From: Bdellovibrionota bacterium
Lineage (GTDB): Bacteria > Bdellovibrionota_C > UBA2361 > OMII01
DNA: 40,514 nt
Direction of reading: 5' to 3'
Assembly (NCBI GenBank): GCA_044356425.1
Contig: JBIKWG010000001.1
Coordinates: forward strand, 1-40,514
The position numbers and the translations under genes are program-made. Position 1 is the first letter of the stretch. The number at the start of each line of letters is the position of its first letter. This document shows positions 9,360-18,867 of this stretch, piece after piece. The notes under the pieces are model-generated. The model saw nothing but the letters and a program-made list of their open reading frames with translations, had not been told where the DNA came from and did no database searches.

Positions 9360-10010
9360 ATGACGACAGAAGAGATATTTACAGCAACCCGTAAGGAGTA
9401 TCGCCAGGGCATTCTCGATGAGGTTTTAGTGGCGCCGTGTCCATTAGTGCAGTTTCGAAGCTGGTTTGATGATGCGCTAAAGGCCGAGTCGCACGAGCCG
9501 AATGCTTGCGCTTTGGCAACGGCTGGTCTGGACCTCAAGCCGTCAAGTCGTATGGTTTTGCTTAAACAGCTAGACGAGCGAGGTTTTACCTTCTTTAGTA
9601 ACTACATGAGCAAAAAAGGCCGACAGATCGAAGAAAACCCTCAGGGCTCTCTTCTGTTTTACTGGCCATCATTAGAGCGCTCGGTACGTATTGAGGGAAC
9701 GCTCGCCAAGATTTCGCCGCAGGAATCATCCGCATACTTCGCGAGCAGACCGCGAGCATCTCAACTTGGAGCCCTTGTTTCAAACCAGAGCGAGCGTGCC
9801 CCAACGAGAACAGAGATGGAGTTATCGCTTAGCGAGCTTGAGGCACGGCTAGCTGGACAGAGCTTGATTGAGCGCCCTGACCATTGGGGCGGATATTGCT
9901 TGAGTCCGGAACTATATGAATTTTGGCAGGGACGAGAGAATCGGTTGCACGACCGAATACAGTATCAGCGACGAGATGTCGGTTGGAGCATAGAGCGATT
10001 ATGGTCATAG
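9360..10010 (+). CDS. pdxH: Pyridoxamine 5'-phosphate oxidase
   Basis: 216 aa. MVLLK..D.RGF.FF.N..S.KG pattern, RIEG, and C-terminal HWGGY...EFWQGRENRLHDR. Confidence 0.92.
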   Translation: MTTEEIFTATRKEYRQGILDEVLVAPCPLVQFRSWFDDALKAESHEPNACALATAGLDLKPSSRMVLLKQLDERGFTFFSNYMSKKGRQIEENPQGSLLFYWPSLERSVRIEGTLAKISPQESSAYFASRPRASQLGALVSNQSERAPTRTEMELSLSELEARLAGQSLIERPDHWGGYCLSPELYEFWQGRENRLHDRIQYQRRDVGWSIERLWS

Positions 10011-10855
10011 GTAGCACTCCAAAGGTTCTTTTATTGGGCGGCGGTTACACGCTTCAGCGCCTTGCCTCGAGGCTGACAGATCGCAGCTTCATCATAACGT
10101 CCCGTCGCAGTGCGCAGTGTGAAGCTTGGCGGACGCTTGGATGGATTTCGCATCAGGCGGATCTAGAAGATCAGCGATCACTTCAAGCGCTATTTGATAA
10201 GTATCCAGCGCTCGAGGTTGTAGTTGATAGTGTTCCACCTCTGCGCGCCGGTGCTGACCCAGCAGCGGGAGTCAAAAATGTCGTTGCTGCGATGGACAAG
10301 TCGCAAGTGAAGCGAATTATTTATCTTAGCACCACCGGAGTCTTCGGTGTGCGCGATGGCTCGATAGTATCAGAAGAAACGCTTCCGCAACCCTGGAATG
10401 AGCAGGGCGAGGCACGATTCCTATCTGAGCAGGCTTATCGTGCTAGTGCACGAGAGGTCGTGGCCCTGCGCTTGCCGGCGATATACGGGGCTGATCGCGG
10501 GGTGCATGTATCGATGAGAAATGGCACCTATCGTATGGTTGGGGACGGCTCGATGTGGACCAACCGCATCCATGTTGATGATCTGGTATCTGCTATTGAA
10601 AAAGCGATAGCAGCCCCCGAGTTGCCGCCCGTATTATGCATCACAGATGATCAGCCTACGCAAGCGCGTGAGATAGTGCAGCATCTCTGTATGCAGCACG
10701 GCCTGCCACAGCCAGGTAGTGTTTCAGAAGATGAAGTGTTGCGGGGCGGTGGTTACACGATGCTTTCGAATCAGCGAGTTATGAATTCCTTAATGAAGAA
10801 AGTCTTAGGTATTGAGCTTAGATATCCGACATATAAAGAAGGCTTTTTGTCTTAA
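10001..10855 (+). CDS. NAD(P)-dependent oxidoreductase, SDR/epimerase family
   Basis: Rossmann-type N-terminus KVLLLGGGYTLQRL and an RIHVDDLVSAI block. I chose the ATG at 10001, which overlaps pdxH by 10 nt. Confidence 0.7.
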   Translation: MVIGSTPKVLLLGGGYTLQRLASRLTDRSFIITSRRSAQCEAWRTLGWISHQADLEDQRSLQALFDKYPALEVVVDSVPPLRAGADPAAGVKNVVAAMDKSQVKRIIYLSTTGVFGVRDGSIVSEETLPQPWNEQGEARFLSEQAYRASAREVVALRLPAIYGADRGVHVSMRNGTYRMVGDGSMWTNRIHVDDLVSAIEKAIAAPELPPVLCITDDQPTQAREIVQHLCMQHGLPQPGSVSEDEVLRGGGYTMLSNQRVMNSLMKKVLGIELRYPTYKEGFLS

Positions 10856-10858
10856 CAT

Positions 10859-12337
10859 ATGTCTCGTAATTCATACGATCTTCTTCCCTACAAGACCCTG
10901 CCGCAACGCGATACAAATCCATCGCGGATGGGCGCTATCGCCCGGGTGCTTGGAATAGATGCTCCCTCAGCAGGTGCAAGTTCAGTTTTAGAGATCGGAT
11001 GTGGCACCGGTGGCAATCTATTTCCACTGGCCGAGCGGTTTCCTGAAAGTCGTTTCGTTGGAATCGATCTCTCTGGCAGGCATATTCAAGATGGAATCGC
11101 ACGCTCCCAAGAGCTTGGACTCAAGAACCTTGAGCTTGTATGTGCTGATTTCTCTGATTTTTCATGCAAAAAAGGAGAGTTCGATTACGTTATTTGCCAC
11201 GGGGTCTATTCTTGGATACCAGAGAAACAGCAGCAGCTGTTGATGGCACTCGTGGCTCAAGCCTTGGCTTTACATGGCGTCGCTTATTTAAGTTACAACG
11301 TTCTTCCAGGGTGGCATCAAAGAGGCATGATTCGCGATGTGCTCGCCTTCGGTGCCCAGATTGCAGGGGGCGAGGGCCCTGAAACAAGGGTGCAGACCGC
11401 TCTCGAATTTCTAAAGCTTGTTGCCGATTCACGCCAGCAGAAGAAAGGTGCGGGAAGAGAGGACATGTATGGCAGCTATCTGCAAGAGGCTCTGCAGCGG
11501 CTGCAGGCTCAAGACCCATCATATATCGCGCATGAGTACCTAGAAGAGAGTAATAATCCATGCACGTTTACCCAGTTTGTTGCAGACGCTCGAGCACGTG
11601 GCCTTCAATTTTTGCTTGAGGCAAAGCCGGTGTACATGTCTTTTAACGATCTAGGGCAAGAGCCAAGAGACTTTTTTGACCAGCTTGGTGATGACCTTAT
11701 CCTGCGTGAGCAGGCCCTTGATATATTTCGAAACAGAGCATTTCGCGAAACGCTCCTCTGTCATGAGCAGCACCTGATAAAGCGGGATCTGAAAGCGAGC
11801 GCTTTTATGGAGTCTGTATTTGTCTCTGACTATGTAGCGCTTGGGGGAGGGATTGCCCAGCGAGATAGCGTCATTCGTTTTGCAGAGCTCTCTTCTGGTA
11901 AAGAGATTTCGCTTCCGGCGGGGCTCCATGCCCATATCCTTGCGGCACTTTCTTCAGCGTGTGCGGCCGGTATGAAGCTGACACAGATTGCCGAAGCGCT
12001 GCAGGGCAAGGCGCGAGACGAGCGCGAGCTTATGGCTGCCCTTGCTGCTTTGTGGTCATCAGGTTTTATTGGTATTGAGCAGCTTCCTGTGCCCGCAGCG
12101 CGTGATCTCTCGGGCATAGCGCACATCTCCAAACTCGCGCATCTGCAAGCAGAGCGCGGTGAAGCAGTTGCTACATTGCGGCATCAGAGCTTTGAGCCCT
12201 CTGCCGCAGAGCGCGAGGTTTTGTGTCGGTGTGATGGAAAGCTTTTGCTGGCAGATCTAATTGAGGATGGTATAAACGCTGAGCACAGCCGTGATGTGCT
12301 ATTTTCTCTCGTTAAGCGCGGAGTGCTCATAGCGTAG
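10859..12337 (+). CDS. Class I SAM-dependent methyltransferase with C-terminal methyltransferase regulatory domain
   Basis: 492 aa. SAM motif I VLEIGCGTGGNL. The HEYLEESNNPCTFTQFVADARARGLQFL block is typical of the MethyTransf_Reg family (from memory). It starts 3 nt after the SDR stop. Confidence 0.75.
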   Translation: MSRNSYDLLPYKTLPQRDTNPSRMGAIARVLGIDAPSAGASSVLEIGCGTGGNLFPLAERFPESRFVGIDLSGRHIQDGIARSQELGLKNLELVCADFSDFSCKKGEFDYVICHGVYSWIPEKQQQLLMALVAQALALHGVAYLSYNVLPGWHQRGMIRDVLAFGAQIAGGEGPETRVQTALEFLKLVADSRQQKKGAGREDMYGSYLQEALQRLQAQDPSYIAHEYLEESNNPCTFTQFVADARARGLQFLLEAKPVYMSFNDLGQEPRDFFDQLGDDLILREQALDIFRNRAFRETLLCHEQHLIKRDLKASAFMESVFVSDYVALGGGIAQRDSVIRFAELSSGKEISLPAGLHAHILAALSSACAAGMKLTQIAEALQGKARDERELMAALAALWSSGFIGIEQLPVPAARDLSGIAHISKLAHLQAERGEAVATLRHQSFEPSAAEREVLCRCDGKLLLADLIEDGINAEHSRDVLFSLVKRGVLIA

Positions 12338-12442
12338 GAAAAAATCCCCAGTAAATGCTCACAAGGTTAAGCGACTCACTTAATGACGCACCTTAAGGCT
12401 CTGGTATCTTTATCGAGGGAGTAACAGAACTGAGCGCTGAGA

Positions 12443-12462
12443 AGAGAGAGAGAGAGAGAGAG
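12443..12462. repeat. (AG)10 dinucleotide microsatellite
   Basis: Perfect AG x10 run read directly, in the spacer between convergent gene ends. Confidence 0.95.
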
Positions 12463-12534
12463 CTTGTTGGACTCATCGGCAGAATCAGTCAGCGCTCTGT
12501 CACCACCTAGCATCTTGGGTCCAAAAATATGCAG

Positions 12535-12574
12535 TGAAAAAAGTGGCGGTAGGTTCGGGCGTATTCGCCCTACC
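12535..12574 (-). terminator. Probable intrinsic terminator of the 12570-13331 gene
   Basis: Minus strand: GGTA..GGGCG[AATA]CGCCC..TACC hairpin overlapping the TAG stop, followed a few nt later by TTTTTT. Confidence 0.5.
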
Positions 12575-13331
12575 CCATGGCACTATTGGCCCATCGTATA
12601 ATTTTCTGCCAAGTGCTAGTTGTGGCAGTTTGCTTACCAGCCTGCACAACCCCAGCAACCGCAAGCCCCTTGTGGTTGTCGAAGCGCTCTAGGCGGTTTA
12701 GGTGGATGCGAATTTGACCGCCCTGCAATTCAATTGCACCATTGTGTGCTTTGGTGAAACAGCCGTATGCAATCAGGTGCCTACCTGTAACAGCGTAGTA
12801 GATAGCGCAGCATGTTATGAGCTCTTCAATTGCGGGGACTATTACCTCACGATTGCGAAGGTATTTAGTAAGTGCTTCGCCGTGAAGCTTGTTGGTTTGT
12901 GGGACGAAGCTGCAGATATGAATCGTTCTTGGCGATGCGACTTGTTGCCTTAAAATCGGACGCGCATCCAGACGGGCGAGTTCGTAGTCCTCTAAGGGCG
13001 GCAGTCGTTTGGTGGACTCGCACGCTTCAGTTGCATCGTGAATAGCAGTGGCAAGAGAGCCCCTCTGCGGAATAGTAAAGGATACCGTATGATCGTCTTT
13101 ATACGTCCTTACTGCGTATTTTTTCTCAACGACACTAGGAAGCAGGGCTGATGCTCGCTGAGTAGATGCTGGTACTACTAAGTCATTGCCATTTTTATTG
13201 GCTAGAAAAATTCTTTTGTCTGGAATTACAAGACCGCCATCATTAACTGGGCCCGAAGGAGCAGGGTCAAGGGGTGTGCTGACTCGTACAAGCTCGTAAG
13301 CACCAGTGGGAATCCCAGCTTGATTTGGCAT
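12570..13331 (-). CDS. Hypothetical protein (no recognisable domain)
   Basis: 253-aa ORF with an ATG start and no signal peptide or TM segment. It lies 97 nt downstream of SURF1 on the same strand. I recognised no motif. Confidence 0.6.
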   Translation of the reverse strand: MPNQAGIPTGAYELVRVSTPLDPAPSGPVNDGGLVIPDKRIFLANKNGNDLVVPASTQRASALLPSVVEKKYAVRTYKDDHTVSFTIPQRGSLATAIHDATEACESTKRLPPLEDYELARLDARPILRQQVASPRTIHICSFVPQTNKLHGEALTKYLRNREVIVPAIEELITCCAIYYAVTGRHLIAYGCFTKAHNGAIELQGGQIRIHLNRLERFDNHKGLAVAGVVQAGKQTATTSTWQKIIRWANSAMG

Positions 13332-13428
13332 GATGCCATGATGATACCGTTCTCGCGTGAGTTCAATGCTTAATTTTTAGAAGGTTGAAAATAACGCCGG
13401 TAAGGGCGGGCGGTGCGGATCTTCCAAG

Positions 13429-14274
13429 TCAGCGTGTGCTAGGGCTTTTGGGTCGGCGAAACTGCAGTACAGCGCCGATAGCCACGGTTAATAGCGCCAT
13501 AAATGCCCACTCATATACATATCCGAGGTGAATGTCCGGCGGTGGTGTAATGTCGTAAGTTGGGATCGGATACTCACCTTGGGCTGAAGATAGTCCAAAG
13601 TTTTCTACCTGCTTGCCGGTGTACATAAGAACATCGCTTCGTCCGGCGGCACTTTCGCGAACAACCTGTGACGGTAACATGGGGTCATCAGGGTTGCTCA
13701 TGATCTCTAAAAAGATGGGTTGTAGGCGATAGGGCATCTGCTTCTCAATCGCGGCAACATCGACCCGTAACCACTGATCCACCCACGGCTTATCAGGGCC
13801 GGCCGGAGGATCGTTGGGCGCAAAGATCTTGGGCGTCGCGGGCTCTTTAAGCAGCCCAACAAACTCAGCGCGCGCAGGCTGCTGATACTGCGCACGTTGC
13901 TCTTTTGATTCTTGGCCAAGGGGTAAGAAGCCTCGATCAATTAAGATATAGGCATCGGTTGAATCAAGTTTAAGTGGTGTAACAACGTGAAATCCTGCCC
14001 TGCCTTCGCGATTGCGATTGCGCAGAAGGACTTCGTGCTTAAAGTCGTATTCTCCAGCAACTTTCACGCGCCGAAAAACAATCGAAGACCAGTCGGTCTT
14101 TCGTTTAAGTAAGGTGCTAAGCTCTATGGGCTGAAGCAGTAAGGTCTCTTCGAGTCGTCGTATCAACTCTTGCTTCTGGAGATGTCTATTCCATTGCCAT
14201 ACGGACGCTACGATCATACCGGAAGCCAGCAGCAGCGTGGTGAGGGTAATTTTAAAAGAGAAGGTAAAGTTCAT
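13429..14274 (-). CDS. SURF1-family cytochrome oxidase assembly protein
   Basis: 281 aa. N-terminal TM followed by WQWNRHLQK, and C-terminal TM GYVYEWAFMALLTV, which matches SURF1/Shy1 topology and motifs. Confidence 0.8.
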   Translation of the reverse strand: MNFTFSFKITLTTLLLASGMIVASVWQWNRHLQKQELIRRLEETLLLQPIELSTLLKRKTDWSSIVFRRVKVAGEYDFKHEVLLRNRNREGRAGFHVVTPLKLDSTDAYILIDRGFLPLGQESKEQRAQYQQPARAEFVGLLKEPATPKIFAPNDPPAGPDKPWVDQWLRVDVAAIEKQMPYRLQPIFLEIMSNPDDPMLPSQVVRESAAGRSDVLMYTGKQVENFGLSSAQGEYPIPTYDITPPPDIHLGYVYEWAFMALLTVAIGAVLQFRRPKSPSTR

Positions 14275-14531
14275 AGGCGAATTGTATATGGGGGATAGGC
14301 AAAAAAACCACCATCACAAGATGAAGAGTCTTTTTGGCCGTTCTTTTGGTCTGTAAAGGCCACAAATTTTTTTAAGAGCTAGTGCTAACCTATTGAAAAT
14401 AGGGGTGGTGTCGGGGTTATACTCGCATAGCCTAACGTGGTATCACATCTCTTTTGAGATCGCCAAAGAGGGGCGAAATAAAGAGATCAAGCGCAAAGTT
14501 TTGTGGTCTGGTCTCTGGAGGAGCTTGTTTA

Positions 14532-15518
14532 ATGTTTATCCTTGGTGTTGGTTCAGCTTGCCCAGACACGGTCTTGTCGGACGCAGACCTTGCATCTTTG
14601 GGGCTCACGCTCAGCGCTGAAGAGCAGCACTTCATAGACAGAAGCGGAGTTGTCTCGCGTAGGATATCGCTGCCGTTGCCTTACATAACAGAGACTCATA
14701 ATGCAGATGTTGTTGCAGGGCGGTCTAATGCGCTGATATCCCCTAGCGCCTTGGCGGTTAGAGCGGTGCACCAGGCCCTTATTCGAGCCGGAATCTCGCT
14801 GGAGCAGGTTGGCCTTCTTTTAGCTGATACCTCAACACCTGACCAGACGTGCCCCTCAGAGGCTCAACGCATAGGGGGGCTACTGGGCGTAAAGATTCCA
14901 GCATATGACGTGGTTGCTGGTGCTGGGACGCTCTCTCACTACATCGAGATGCTCTCTTCCTGGAAGCCTGAAAGGGTTCCTGACTACGTATTGTGCGTAT
15001 CAACAAATACGCCGTCACAGCACGTTGATTATGCGGGGGCTGCTCTGCCTGCATATCTTTTTGGTGATGCTGCTTTTGCGATGGTATTATCGGTGAAGCA
15101 CGCGGGCAGGGCCCGTGTTCAGGCGGCTTTTTTGCAAAGAGGACTTCGAGGTCCTGCCGCCGTTGTAGTTGAAAAGCACGTATCAATTGACCCCCAGCAG
15201 CTCCCTTCCAAGGCGGAGCTTAAAGAGCAGATAGTAGCAGGACTCGAGTCGCTGGCTAAGCAAAGTGAGTTTGTAGCTGCAACAACTGCTCTGATAGGTC
15301 CACAGCTTTTTAGCGCTGAGATATCTGCCTTTGCCCCTGAGCTAGGGATTCCAGAGGCGCATATCCTCTCGGGCAGTCGTGATACTGGGTATGCTATGGC
15401 GGCAAGCTCGGGTGCGGCGCTTTCGTTAGTATGGGATAGCCTTTTGCCTGAAAGAGCCGTTGCTATTTTGCATTCTGGGGACGGGTTGTTTAGCGGTAGT
15501 TTGTTGGTGGTATCGTAG
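14532..15518 (+). CDS. KAS III (FabH)-like protein lacking the catalytic triad
   Basis: Thiolase-fold FabH-like sequence. The active-site context PAYDVVAGAGTL has Ala (codon 14922-14924) where FabH has Cys. The HQAN position reads GPQLF and the GN(T/S)S position reads RDTGYA. GGAGGAG RBS lies before the ATG at 14532. Confidence 0.8.
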   Translation: MFILGVGSACPDTVLSDADLASLGLTLSAEEQHFIDRSGVVSRRISLPLPYITETHNADVVAGRSNALISPSALAVRAVHQALIRAGISLEQVGLLLADTSTPDQTCPSEAQRIGGLLGVKIPAYDVVAGAGTLSHYIEMLSSWKPERVPDYVLCVSTNTPSQHVDYAGAALPAYLFGDAAFAMVLSVKHAGRARVQAAFLQRGLRGPAAVVVEKHVSIDPQQLPSKAELKEQIVAGLESLAKQSEFVAATTALIGPQLFSAEISAFAPELGIPEAHILSGSRDTGYAMAASSGAALSLVWDSLLPERAVAILHSGDGLFSGSLLVVS

Positions 15519-15533
15519 AGGAAGGAGCGCATC

Positions 15534-16520
15534 ATGCTGCATATCTTAGGAATGGGCACATGTCATCCGACGACCTCTATTAGTAATCTCTTTCTTGAAG
15601 AGCTCGATATTGGGACGACTGCGCAGTGGATTGAAGAGAAGATCGGGATTATTGAGCGGGTAACAACGTTGCCGCTTGAGTATATACGAGCGACAAGAAA
15701 TCAAGATCCGCGCCAGGGGGTAGAGCTAGCGTCAATGTCACCCACGGATCTTGGGGTGCGTGCAGCCGAGGATGCGCTGAAAAGAGTCGGAATCTCTGCC
15801 AGTGACGTCGGCATGATTATCGTAAACTGCTGCTCTCCGCGCCAAACTATTCCTGGCGAGGCTTTGCGAATAGCCGAGAGGCTCGATACACAAGCTGCTG
15901 CTTTTGATGTTTATTCCGCCTGCCCTGCTTTTGCACTGCACATCGATTTTCTGCGTAACTACAAAGAAGAGAGCCTGCCAGAGTTTGTGCTGTGTATCTC
16001 CACAGCAACGATGACGCAGCATGTAAATTACAATGATCGGTCTGATGGCGCTATTTGGGGTGATGGCGCTGCCGCATGGGTCGTCTCCCCCAGACATAAC
16101 GGAAAGTTAGAGATAGTCGATTCTTCCTTTACTGCAGATCCGAGTCGCTGTCAGGCCGTTGTTGTTGATACGTATGGCCACTTTAAACAGGACGGTCGCG
16201 CGGTGCGAGATTTTTCAGTGCGCCAGACGGTGCGGTTGATTAAATCCCTCGAGGAGCGTTATCCGATTGATTGGAACCGTGATGTCTTTATTGGTCATCA
16301 GGCAAATCGCACAATGCTCGAGCAGATAGTTAACAATCGCGAGATTCCACCTGCAAATCATTGGCACAATGTTACGTACTTGGGGAATCAAGCTGGAGCC
16401 GGAGCACCGGCAGTGCTTTCGATGCACTGGGATAAGATTGCGCCTCATCAGCATATCGTCGTAGGAGTGCTCGGCGCTGGTCTCAGTTGGGGCTCTATTA
16501 TGATGCGCGCCACTGAGTAG
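15534..16520 (+). CDS. 3-oxoacyl-ACP synthase III (FabH) family enzyme with intact Cys-His-Asn
   Basis: 328 aa. AFDVYSACPAF (Cys codon 15921-15923), GHQANRTM, and LGNQAGAGAP. GAAGGAG RBS. It starts 15 nt after the preceding KAS III-like gene. Confidence 0.88.
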   Translation: MLHILGMGTCHPTTSISNLFLEELDIGTTAQWIEEKIGIIERVTTLPLEYIRATRNQDPRQGVELASMSPTDLGVRAAEDALKRVGISASDVGMIIVNCCSPRQTIPGEALRIAERLDTQAAAFDVYSACPAFALHIDFLRNYKEESLPEFVLCISTATMTQHVNYNDRSDGAIWGDGAAAWVVSPRHNGKLEIVDSSFTADPSRCQAVVVDTYGHFKQDGRAVRDFSVRQTVRLIKSLEERYPIDWNRDVFIGHQANRTMLEQIVNNREIPPANHWHNVTYLGNQAGAGAPAVLSMHWDKIAPHQHIVVGVLGAGLSWGSIMMRATE

Positions 16521-16608
16521 GTTTTAAAGTGGCCTCACCACTACCTATTCGGAACCTATATGTGCAAGACAAAGGTTATCGTGGTGCGAGTCCCAGGCTC
16601 CTAAAAGT

Positions 16609-17220
16609 CTAGGCATGAACGAGTGAGTTGAGGCGATCAACAGTGATTGTTAGCCGGCCACCTTTGAGCCAAGCGGTTTCGTCTGTTTTTGCTGATAGCG
16701 CATCCGCTGCAAAGTCGCTCTGTACAATCTGCGCTGCAACACGAGCAGCAAGCACCGTTACATCTTGCTGCGCTTGATTGTCGGGGTGAGGGATTTCTAG
16801 CTTGACCGATTCAGCAAAGGGCGCTCTATCAAGCTGATTTAAGAGGTTAAGCGTAAATTTTCTGGTCTTATCGAGAATCCACTCGGTAGACAGCGGTGGG
16901 CTCGTTGGAGCATCTGATGAAGCTGACAGTTTAATCGTCGGAAGTCCATTTTTGTTTTGAGGGCTGTAGACTATCGCAGTGCTTGCGATCATCGAGAAAT
17001 CAACCATAGTGGCGGCAATTTCAATAGCAGCTCTTGTGCATTCAGCAGGCGCATCGCATCTATCAAAGGTCACTGCCAGTGATTTGTGCGGGGTCTGTTT
17101 AAGCTCAGCAACGCACCTACGAAAAATTTCACAGCTTCGATCTAGTACCATCTCTAGCTGAGCGCGATTTGACAGCGGTTCAGCTGTTTTTGTTAATGCT
17201 TGGGGTGGTAAATCTCTCAT
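16609..17220 (-). CDS. Hypothetical protein
   Basis: 203-aa ORF with an ATG start and no recognisable motif. It is the last gene of the minus-strand trio. Confidence 0.55.
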   Translation of the reverse strand: MRDLPPQALTKTAEPLSNRAQLEMVLDRSCEIFRRCVAELKQTPHKSLAVTFDRCDAPAECTRAAIEIAATMVDFSMIASTAIVYSPQNKNGLPTIKLSASSDAPTSPPLSTEWILDKTRKFTLNLLNQLDRAPFAESVKLEIPHPDNQAQQDVTVLAARVAAQIVQSDFAADALSAKTDETAWLKGGRLTITVDRLNSLVHA

Positions 17221-17299
17221 ACCCCAATTGTAAGAGTTTGCGCGGGGCTAAACAAATCTGGCACCAAACTGATAGCGCGGTGATTGTAAGTGGTTGTTT

Positions 17300-18745
17300 T
17301 TACTGGTTGTGGTGTTCTTGAGCACCGACGTTGGTTTGAGGCTGTGTAAGGGTGCGCAGCCGCATGCTGACTCCAAGAAGCACCCACGTCACTATAAGCA
17401 CCTCTGCATCGCCTGCGTTGTATTCAACAATTCCTGCCATTTGCGACGAGATAACCGCGCAGCCAATCGCCACTAACAGGGGATCATATGGTTTTGAACA
17501 GCATATTCGCACTGCGGTCGCGATGAACCAGAGAAAAAGCAGGGTTGCAAGCCAGCCACTTTCAGCTGTGATGTTCAACAGATTGTTGTGAAAGTGATCA
17601 AGCTCTTCTGGAATCTCCGTGGCGAATTTTCTTAAGATGCCGCTGTTTCGATAGCCAATTCCGAGAGGATATTGGGCACACAGCTCGGCTCCAATTCGCC
17701 AAATGGTGCTTCGTCCGCCACTCATAGTAAAGTCATCGTACGACGCCCCCAGACGACTTTGAACCGGTGGGAGTGCTACAAAGATAAGAGCGCTTAAAGC
17801 AATGATGGCAACCAAGAGCCGTCGCGCAAAAAAGCCACAGAAAACAAGGGAGCCGATCAGAACTCCAAACCACGGTCCGCGCTTTAAGTTTACTAGCAAT
17901 GCGCCATTCAGTAGTGGGATGACTGCGACCGCAAGCCAGGCATAAAGCCGTAGTTCAATATTTCCGGTAGCAATTCTTTTGGTGAGTAGCAGCGCTGCGC
18001 CGATCCCAAGAGGTGCGGCCCAAAGTCCCACGTGCGATAACGTTCCTAGATCAGTGCGAAATGCAAAGAGTGCGACGAGTACGGCGCTAGTGGCTGCAAG
18101 GCAGTTGAGTCGCCATATGTCTGCGCGTCTGTTGTTATTCTTTAGGCTTGTCAGCGTGCGCCATAGTAAGCCGAGAGCAACAAAAAAAGTAAGCGCAAGC
18201 TGGCCAGATTCAGTTACCTTACCGAGAAAAAATGTTGAGAGTGTGCTAGGGAATGCCCCATCGAGCACCGAGTGCAGAGCTGCAATCGATTGGCCCGCGA
18301 TCAGTGCAATCAACGTGGGAAGGGGTTTTGCAGATTCTGCAAAAAGCGGCACGGAAAGAGCGAAAAAAATCAGCGAGAGAGTTGGGCTAAAGCTGTGCAG
18401 GGGATTTAGCCCGGTTAGAGCGGAGGCAACTACTATCGTAAGAAAAAAAGCCAGAGGCACACACAGCGTGTGTAGCGGCAATCCCTTTTGCAGCACTGTG
18501 CGGCGTTGTTTAATAGCGCTAGCGAGCCAGGCGATGATTAAGGGTATTAGTATGCAGTATGTGAGGGACAGTTTGAGTGGAACAAGGAAAGCAGTAAGGC
18601 AGCAGCCACGCTCAAGCAGCGAGTTATGTAGCGGCCAGGCGTTGCTAAGAGCCCCTCTCTTCTGAGAGTGTTCGCCTTGTGCCGCCTGCTGTAAGTCTTT
18701 GCGGTCGGTCATGATCACTGGCGCACCTGCACTGCTTGGCATCAC
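17300..18745 (-). CDS. O-antigen ligase / Wzy_C family polytopic membrane protein
   Basis: About 480 aa with at least 10 hydrophobic helices. It has the HFHNNLLNITAESGW block typical of the O-antigen ligase family. The start is GTG at 18745 or the adjacent ATG at 18742. Confidence 0.78.
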   Translation of the reverse strand: MMPSSAGAPVIMTDRKDLQQAAQGEHSQKRGALSNAWPLHNSLLERGCCLTAFLVPLKLSLTYCILIPLIIAWLASAIKQRRTVLQKGLPLHTLCVPLAFFLTIVVASALTGLNPLHSFSPTLSLIFFALSVPLFAESAKPLPTLIALIAGQSIAALHSVLDGAFPSTLSTFFLGKVTESGQLALTFFVALGLLWRTLTSLKNNNRRADIWRLNCLAATSAVLVALFAFRTDLGTLSHVGLWAAPLGIGAALLLTKRIATGNIELRLYAWLAVAVIPLLNGALLVNLKRGPWFGVLIGSLVFCGFFARRLLVAIIALSALIFVALPPVQSRLGASYDDFTMSGGRSTIWRIGAELCAQYPLGIGYRNSGILRKFATEIPEELDHFHNNLLNITAESGWLATLLFLWFIATAVRICCSKPYDPLLVAIGCAVISSQMAGIVEYNAGDAEVLIVTWVLLGVSMRLRTLTQPQTNVGAQEHHNQ

Positions 18746-18867
18746 TCCGCTGTCGCTCCTCTACACACCGCGCTTTTTTGCCTACGCATTCGTTGCGCTG
18801 ACCTGAGCCAACTAGAGCCCCAAGCAGTTGTCACGAGTAGGTGCGCGATAAATCTTTGAGCCGTGAG

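Noticed and set aside
17979-18665. 228-aa plus-strand ORF antisense to the O-antigen-ligase-like gene
   Set aside because: The Arg/Ser/Ala-rich shadow frame lies opposite a hydrophobic membrane-protein gene and has no RBS or motif.
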